Below, one piece after another: positions 25,329 to 31,107 of a stretch of 44,183 nucleotides of DNA. The translations under genes were made by a program, and so were the position numbers. How positions within the stretch are numbered: the first letter of the stretch is position 1; every line of letters begins with the position of its first letter. A model generated the notes under the pieces. The model worked only from the letters and a program-made list of their open reading frames with translations. It was not told the DNA's origin and ran no database searches. The stretch comes from Candidatus Yonathbacteria bacterium (GTDB lineage: Bacteria; Patescibacteriota; Minisyncoccia; Phycocordibacterales; UBA1550): NCBI GenBank assembly GCA_016201355.1, contig JACQCY010000011.1, positions 1 to 44,183 of the forward strand, written 5' to 3'.

Positions 25329-25433
25329 TAGTAATTTTAAATTACAAATTTTAAATCAATTTTAATTGTCTAAATATTTTTAAATTAAATCATTTGATAT
25401 TCATTTGAAATTTAAAATTTAACACTTAAAATT
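25329..25433. repeat. Family-A element (copy 3)
   Basis: The exact 22-mer lies at 25335-25356. The right half TTTGAAATTTAAAATTTAACACTTAAAATT is partially complementary. Confidence 0.75.
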
Positions 25434-25511
25434 CTTATCTGTACTAAAAGATCCACCATTAGAGTAGCTTCCAATTTTCTAGTTTTTCGCTTTCAGTTTT
25501 TATTTTGAAAC

Positions 25512-26192
25512 ATGTCTCTCTACGAAATCGAAATCAAAAGTCTTTTAGGGAAAGAAGAACAAGCTAATGATTTAAGGAGAAAGATAGAGGAGCACCCTTT
25601 GTCTTTTTCGCTTGCTTCTAAAAATAAACAGATTAATCATTACTTCAATTTTACGGGGGAGCTTGGCGAGCGTGTTCCCGAGGATATCACCCAACATTTT
25701 TCAGATACTCACCGAAAAGCTTTTGATCAGATTGTCCAAAAAGGGAAAAGTTTTTCGGTGCGGACTCGCCATATTGATGGAAGGACAATTTTTGTTATCA
25801 AGGCGTCTCTCGATGATCAAACGAGCTCCAATGGCATTTCTCGCGCTGAATTTGAAGCTGAAATACCGCTCCTACTGTCGGAAATCGATCAGGTACTCCT
25901 TGATGCCGGGTTTGATTACCTTTCAAAATGGTCAAGGGAACGAGAAGAATATGTTTCAGGAGATGTACATATTTGCATTGATAGGAATGCGGGGTATGGG
26001 TACCTCGCTGAATTTGAGAAAGTAATCCCCCATGAATCGGAAGTGGAAAACACAAAACAATCCCTCTATGACCTAATGAAAGAATTTGGTGTAGAAGAGT
26101 TGCCCCAGGATAGACTCGACCGAATGTTTGCGCATTACAATAAATGTTGGCCAGAGTATTACGGCACGGAGAAGATTTTTTGTATTGAATAG
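25512..26192 (+). CDS. CYTH-domain (triphosphate tunnel metalloenzyme) protein
   Basis: The N-terminal YEIEIKSLL is the ExExK signature. Later charged beta-strands are FSVRTRH, FVIKAS, AEFEAEI and YGYLAEFE. 226 aa. Confidence 0.72.
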   Translation: MSLYEIEIKSLLGKEEQANDLRRKIEEHPLSFSLASKNKQINHYFNFTGELGERVPEDITQHFSDTHRKAFDQIVQKGKSFSVRTRHIDGRTIFVIKASLDDQTSSNGISRAEFEAEIPLLLSEIDQVLLDAGFDYLSKWSREREEYVSGDVHICIDRNAGYGYLAEFEKVIPHESEVENTKQSLYDLMKEFGVEELPQDRLDRMFAHYNKCWPEYYGTEKIFCIE

Positions 26193-26346
26193 GGAGAGTT
26201 TTGCTTTAAGGAGCTCATACTGGACAAATTTATTGAAAAGTATAAGCTAGAAGAGGGTTAGAAAATAGCGCCTTTTGTCTTTATGAAAATGAGGATATTG
26301 GGCTTAAAATACTTTGACAACTTACTGTAAATAAAGGAGGAATGTC

Positions 26347-26964
26347 ATGAGGAAGAAGACAAAGAACATCGTTAAAAGACCTTCGTGGGATGAGCTTTTT
26401 ATGATGACAGCGATACTTGTCGCCACAAGGCACTCTTGTTTGAAACGGGGTGTCGGCAGTTGTATTGTCAAGGACAATAAGATCGTCGCGACGGGATACA
26501 ATGGCGCGGCAAAGGGGATAAAAAGCTGTCTGGAGTTGGGCTACTGCTACTATGAGCACCTCGCAGAGCAAGAAGTAAGGACAAATGGTGGCGACATAAA
26601 GATGATTAAAGAGTCGTTCAAAATGTACTGTCAGGCGGTTCATGCAGAAGCCAATGCCAAGAGTCAATGCTTGCCGATGGTAGCAGAGGGGTCAACGATC
26701 TACATCACCAATGTCCCCTGCCCGAAATGCACGCAAGACATCATCATTACGGGAGGGGTAAAAGCGATTGTCGTCTGGAAAGAATATCTCCAGAATTACA
26801 CGCTCACGACGGATGAAAAAAAGGTAACCGATAAGAAACTCCAGCAGGCAGGGATTGCCCTGCGGTTTCTTGATCTAACCTCACACAGGATAATGGAGAT
26901 CGCCGGGTATATGGCGAACCGAGTCGGCGAAAGGCTGGACTATCAATTCAAAGGAGGAGGGTAG
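26347..26964 (+). CDS. Deoxycytidylate (dCMP) deaminase
   Basis: PSWDELFMMTAILVATRHSC, GYNG, zinc motifs HAEANA and PCPKC, and an extra Cys cluster before HAE as in ComEB/dCMP deaminases. A strong SD AAGGAGG (26334-26340) lies 6 nt before the ATG. Confidence 0.88.
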   Translation: MRKKTKNIVKRPSWDELFMMTAILVATRHSCLKRGVGSCIVKDNKIVATGYNGAAKGIKSCLELGYCYYEHLAEQEVRTNGGDIKMIKESFKMYCQAVHAEANAKSQCLPMVAEGSTIYITNVPCPKCTQDIIITGGVKAIVVWKEYLQNYTLTTDEKKVTDKKLQQAGIALRFLDLTSHRIMEIAGYMANRVGERLDYQFKGGG

Positions 26965-26965
26965 A

Positions 26966-28348
26966 ATGAAATGCAAGATAGTCCATCCTGTGTTTGCCAA
27001 GAAAGAAGTCATCATAGGTAATCCGCAATCTCCCATAGCGGTGGGTACCTTATGGTCGCAAGTGGATCACTTTTGCAAGAATCATCTCGACGGCTTGATG
27101 GACAAGATTGCCATCGTTGGTAATATTCGTTCCGTCTATGGCATTGGCATTGTAATTAGGAATTGCCTTGCCAATCCCAACATACAGAAACTCGTTGTAA
27201 GTGGGGTGGCAACATCAGATGGTTCCCTTTTAGCCCTAAAGAGATTATCGACCGATCCTTCTTTGTGCGAGACTTTTTTTCTAAGTCATCGGCACATAGA
27301 AAGATTCCTTCAGCAGGTTGAAATTATTTATCTTAACCCTGAAGAGGTCGCAGATTTTGTGGGTAAAGAATTTCTCTCACCCAAGAAGGTTTTTAAACCA
27401 TGGGTGACTTCGTTACTTGTTCCGAAGACAAAGGTCTTTCCTGCGGCAGAGTCAGGGCACCTCATAAGGGCTACAACCATCAAGGAGGGATACGAAGCAC
27501 TCTTAAAAGAGATTCGGCTCTTCGGTCATCTTCTAAAAGAAGACTCTGAAGGGAACATCCGCCAAGAGCTTTGGAAGCTGAATATGGTGATAACGAATCA
27601 AGATCCTCTGGCTTTTGATTCTGTTCCCCATTCAGAATACAATGCCTCGCATATAAAAAAATATTGCGAGGACTTCTGGATTGGCTCCCCCCCTGATGGC
27701 GTTGAATATCGTTACGGCCACATCATTAGATTTGGTTTTGGTGATCAGGTGGAGGCCGTTATCAAAGCTTTTAAGGAAAAGGTGGAGACTTTCCGGACCG
27801 TGATCTCTCTTTGGGATCCACGAGTCGAGGGGGGGTCTATCACAGCAAAAGACCCACCATGCATTACCTTGATTCATCCCAGAATCATAGGGGAGAACCT
27901 GCGCCTTACGGCGTATATTCGAACGAACGATATGTTCGGCGGTTGGCCACTCAACGCTATGGCACTCCGCTATTTTCAGTATCAGCTCTTAGAGAGACTG
28001 AAGATAGAGTTGAAGCGCCCGGAATTAAAATTGGGAGATCTCGAAGTAACTTCCGCTTCAGCCCATATTTATTCCCGGGACTGGAAGAAAATAGAGGCTC
28101 TTCTGAAGAAAGTAGGGCCTCAAAAATTCTCCCCAGACCCAAAGGGAAATTTCCAGATTAAGGTAGAGGGTGGAGAGATTGTCGTTTGGCACTTCAGTCC
28201 GGACGGTGAAAAATTGCTCCAGGTTTTCCGCGGGAAGAATGCGGAAGAATTGAGCAGAAAACTTAAACCGTTCATCTCCGATATCGGAAACGCCCTGTAT
28301 GTCGGGCGAGAGTTGAAAAAAGCGGAACAATCCCTCGGACCATCATAG
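26966..28348 (+). CDS. Thymidylate synthase-like protein with an N-terminal MtrA-N-like module and a C-terminal DUF4346-like module
   Basis: ThyA-fold signatures in order: YRYGH, DQVEAVI, RTVISLWDP, nucleophile Cys in DPPCITL (27860-27862), IRTNDMFGGWPLN (Asn at 27953-27955) and SAHIY. The N-terminus is IIGNPQSPIAVGTLWS..IAIVGNIRSVYGIGIVIRNCLANPNIQKLVVSG. The C-terminus is DPKGNFQIKV..IVVWHF..ALYVGRELKKAE. SD AAGGAGGAGG lies at 26951-26960, and the ATG is 1 nt after the deaminase stop. Confidence 0.8.
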   Translation: MKCKIVHPVFAKKEVIIGNPQSPIAVGTLWSQVDHFCKNHLDGLMDKIAIVGNIRSVYGIGIVIRNCLANPNIQKLVVSGVATSDGSLLALKRLSTDPSLCETFFLSHRHIERFLQQVEIIYLNPEEVADFVGKEFLSPKKVFKPWVTSLLVPKTKVFPAAESGHLIRATTIKEGYEALLKEIRLFGHLLKEDSEGNIRQELWKLNMVITNQDPLAFDSVPHSEYNASHIKKYCEDFWIGSPPDGVEYRYGHIIRFGFGDQVEAVIKAFKEKVETFRTVISLWDPRVEGGSITAKDPPCITLIHPRIIGENLRLTAYIRTNDMFGGWPLNAMALRYFQYQLLERLKIELKRPELKLGDLEVTSASAHIYSRDWKKIEALLKKVGPQKFSPDPKGNFQIKVEGGEIVVWHFSPDGEKLLQVFRGKNAEELSRKLKPFISDIGNALYVGRELKKAEQSLGPS

Positions 28349-28366
28349 GTTCGAGGGATTTTTTAT
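28329..28366 (+). terminator. Intrinsic terminator of the deaminase/TS-like cassette
   Basis: AATCCCTCG (28329-28337) pairs with CGAGGGATT (28352-28360) and is followed by TTTTTA. The stop codon lies in the loop. Confidence 0.7.
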
Positions 28367-28384
28367 TAGCGACATAGAGCGAGA

Positions 28385-28491
28385 GAAATGGAAAAGTAAT
28401 CTTTTCCATTTCCGAGCCGAGGAGCCTAATATATGGATTACCATATATTCTGCACTCGTTCGGAAGAATAAAAGATTACTTTCATTCTTCG
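28385..28491. repeat. Cluster of three tetraloop hairpins in the spacer before tmk
   Basis: GAAATGGAAAAG-TAAT-CTTTTCCATTTC (28385-28412, 12 bp perfect). AATATATGG-ATTA-CCATATATT (28428-28449, 9 bp perfect). GAAGAATAAAAG-ATTA-CTTTCATTCTTC (about 28463-28490, one mismatch), flanked by direct CACTCGTT repeats. Confidence 0.6.
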
Positions 28492-28634
28492 TTCACTCGT
28501 TTGAATATAAGGGTGAATACCCCGCCCCTCTGGGGCGATAAATGGGTGAGCGAAGCGAACACATTTTGTCCTGGGATTGCCTCGGGGTACATACCGCTTT
28601 TATTATTTATGGTAATATAAATGTATATAATTGT

Positions 28635-29273
28635 ATGAAAAAAGTGCCACTTATCATTTTTGACGGACTTGACGGGTCAGGGAAGAGCACTCAGGTTACG
28701 CTCTTGAAAGAGCGGATAAATAGGAAACATAAAGTCCTGTTTACGCGTGAGCCGGGAGGCGCGCCACTTTCGGAAAAAATCAGGGATATTTTCTCTACTC
28801 CTGAGGGCGCTCAGTCAAGCGCGCAGACGCAACTTTTTCTCGTCTCCGCTTCTCGTTCAAATTGGATTGAAGAGGTTACGGTCCCCAATCTGAAAGAAGG
28901 AACACCGGTAATCTCTGAACGAGGGGATTCGTCGACTTTTGCGTATCAAATATATATGAAGAAGAGGCTTGATTTGGAAAGATTATTCTGGGAGATCAGA
29001 GATGTCCTCTTTGGAGAATGGAAGCCGTCCCATTATTTTATTTTTGATGTGTCGGCGGTTGAAGCAAAACGACGCGTGAACACCGATACCAAGCGCACGC
29101 GATCGATCTTTGATATGGACCCCATTGATTCCTATGAACGCGCGCGTGATGGATTTCATCTCTTTGTAAAGAAACTCCCCGGGGAGGTTACTTTGATTGA
29201 TGGAGATAGAGACCCAAAGATTATCCACGAGGAAGTGTATGCGAAGATTAAAGAGCTTTGCGAGTGGAAATAA
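28635..29273 (+). CDS. tmk: Thymidylate (dTMP) kinase
   Basis: P-loop FDGLDGSGKSTQ, REPGG and GDSSTFAYQ. The conserved start is ATG 28635; the ORF-track start 28542 adds 31 unconserved residues. Confidence 0.88.
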   Translation: MKKVPLIIFDGLDGSGKSTQVTLLKERINRKHKVLFTREPGGAPLSEKIRDIFSTPEGAQSSAQTQLFLVSASRSNWIEEVTVPNLKEGTPVISERGDSSTFAYQIYMKKRLDLERLFWEIRDVLFGEWKPSHYFIFDVSAVEAKRRVNTDTKRTRSIFDMDPIDSYERARDGFHLFVKKLPGEVTLIDGDRDPKIIHEEVYAKIKELCEWK

Positions 29274-29297
29274 ATACAAAGAGAGAAGCAATAATTT

Positions 29298-31013
29298 ATG
29301 ATACGGGAACAATTACGAGGATTAATACAGAACGCGCTCCATAGCTTGAATCTTGAGGAAGAGATAGTGGAGCTTGAGCAAACCACCGACCCTCTTCATG
29401 GGGATTATGCTACGAATGTTGCGCTTATGTACGCGAAAAAAGCGGGACTTAATCCGCGAGAACTTGCACAAAGAATTACCGAGGAACTTTCGCGCGCTCC
29501 GTCAAGTGATATTGAAAAGATTGAAATTGCCGGTCCCGGATTTATCAATTTCAGACTCTCTGATGAATACTTCTCTGGGGCTCTTGATAACGCTCTCAAG
29601 AAAAGTAAAAAATGGGGAAATAACGAAACGCTCGCTGGGAAAAAAGTTATTGTTGAATATGCCGACCCGAATCCATTCAAGGAATTTCATATCGGACATT
29701 TGATGTCGAACACTATCGGTGAGTCTATTGCGCGAATCATTGAGGCGAGTGGGGCAGATACGAAGCGAGCGTGTTATCAAGGGGATGTGGGGATGCATGT
29801 GGCGAAAGCGGTGTGGGGGATGATTTGGATACCAAATGAAAGCGGTAAACCAAAAAAGCCATCCGACGATGCTTCATTGCAAAAAAAAATATCATTTATC
29901 GCAGAGTCTTATGCGTTTGGGGCAACAGCTTTTGAAGCGAACCCTAGTGTGAAGGAACAAATAGCAGGGATTAATAAAAATATTTATTCTCGTGAGGGTC
30001 CTCAAACGAATGAAATCTATGATTGGGGACGCAAGGTAAGCCTCGATTATTTTGAAACGATCTACAAAAAACTCGGTACAAAATTTGATTTCAACTTTTT
30101 TGAATCACAGACCGGTGAGTTTGGGAAAAAAGTCGTTCTTGAAAATCCTGCAATTTTTGAAAAAAGTGATGGCGCTATTGTCTATAAAGGAGATGAATCG
30201 AAAGGGTTGCATACGCGCGTATTTATAAACTCCGAAGGACTTCCTACCTACGAATCAAAGGAACTTGGACTGGCAAAAATTAAATACGATATCTACCCCT
30301 ATGATACCTCTATTGTGATTACGGGGAATGAAGTCAACGATTATTTCAGGGTAATTTTGGACGCAATGTCAAAAGTTTTTCCCGAGCTTGCAAAAAAGAC
30401 CGTTCATATTTCGCACGGGATGCTTCGTCTGCCGTCCGGCAAGATGTCCTCGCGTACGGGGGATGTGATCACCGCAGAATCTCTCATCGCAGACACAAAA
30501 GAAAGGGCACTTGCAAAAATTTCTCAAGAAGCATTTTTGCAAGGAGAAAAAGACATACTCGCGGAAAAGGTTGCTCTTGGCGCTATCAAGTATTCGATTT
30601 TGAAACAAGCATCGGGTAAAGATATTATTTTTGATTTTGAACAATCACTTTCGTTTGAGGGGGACTCCGGCCCGTATTTGCAGTACACCTATGCCCGCAC
30701 CCGCTCTCTTTTGGAAAAAGCAAAAGGGCGTGATATCGATGTTCTTTTCAAGCGCACTGAAACTAATGCGCTTCACAAGGTGATACTTCATTTCCCAGAG
30801 ATTGTTTTGCGCGCGAATGAAGAACGAGAACCGCATTTCATTGCAACATATTTAATTGAGCTTGCGCGTGAATTTAATTCTTTTTATGCGCATACTATTG
30901 TTCTCAATGACGCGCCAGATGAACCGCACAAGCTTGCTCTCGTAAAAGCGGTTTCTCAAACGCTTGAAAATGGCCTTAATCTACTCGGCATCTCTGCCCC
31001 CGAGCGAATGTAA
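29298..31013 (+). CDS. argS: Arginine--tRNA ligase
   Basis: 571 aa with HIGH-type FHIGHLMS, GMLRLPSGKMSSRTGDVI, and a DALR-type anticodon-binding C-terminus. Confidence 0.93.
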   Translation: MIREQLRGLIQNALHSLNLEEEIVELEQTTDPLHGDYATNVALMYAKKAGLNPRELAQRITEELSRAPSSDIEKIEIAGPGFINFRLSDEYFSGALDNALKKSKKWGNNETLAGKKVIVEYADPNPFKEFHIGHLMSNTIGESIARIIEASGADTKRACYQGDVGMHVAKAVWGMIWIPNESGKPKKPSDDASLQKKISFIAESYAFGATAFEANPSVKEQIAGINKNIYSREGPQTNEIYDWGRKVSLDYFETIYKKLGTKFDFNFFESQTGEFGKKVVLENPAIFEKSDGAIVYKGDESKGLHTRVFINSEGLPTYESKELGLAKIKYDIYPYDTSIVITGNEVNDYFRVILDAMSKVFPELAKKTVHISHGMLRLPSGKMSSRTGDVITAESLIADTKERALAKISQEAFLQGEKDILAEKVALGAIKYSILKQASGKDIIFDFEQSLSFEGDSGPYLQYTYARTRSLLEKAKGRDIDVLFKRTETNALHKVILHFPEIVLRANEEREPHFIATYLIELAREFNSFYAHTIVLNDAPDEPHKLALVKAVSQTLENGLNLLGISAPERM

Positions 31014-31107
31014 TTTAAGATAATTAATAGAGGAATATTAGAATAGTAGAATATTTATTATTTATTATTTAACTATTAACTTCCCCTGTGGTATTCTAAG
31101 AAGATAT

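Noticed and set aside
26966-28348. dCMP hydroxymethylase / phage DNA hypermodification enzyme
   Set aside because: The base-reading residue in WPLN is Asn, as in dUMP-specific ThyA, not the Asp of dCMP hydroxymethylases. An upstream dCMP deaminase supplies dUMP. dUMP hydroxymethylation cannot be excluded from sequence alone.
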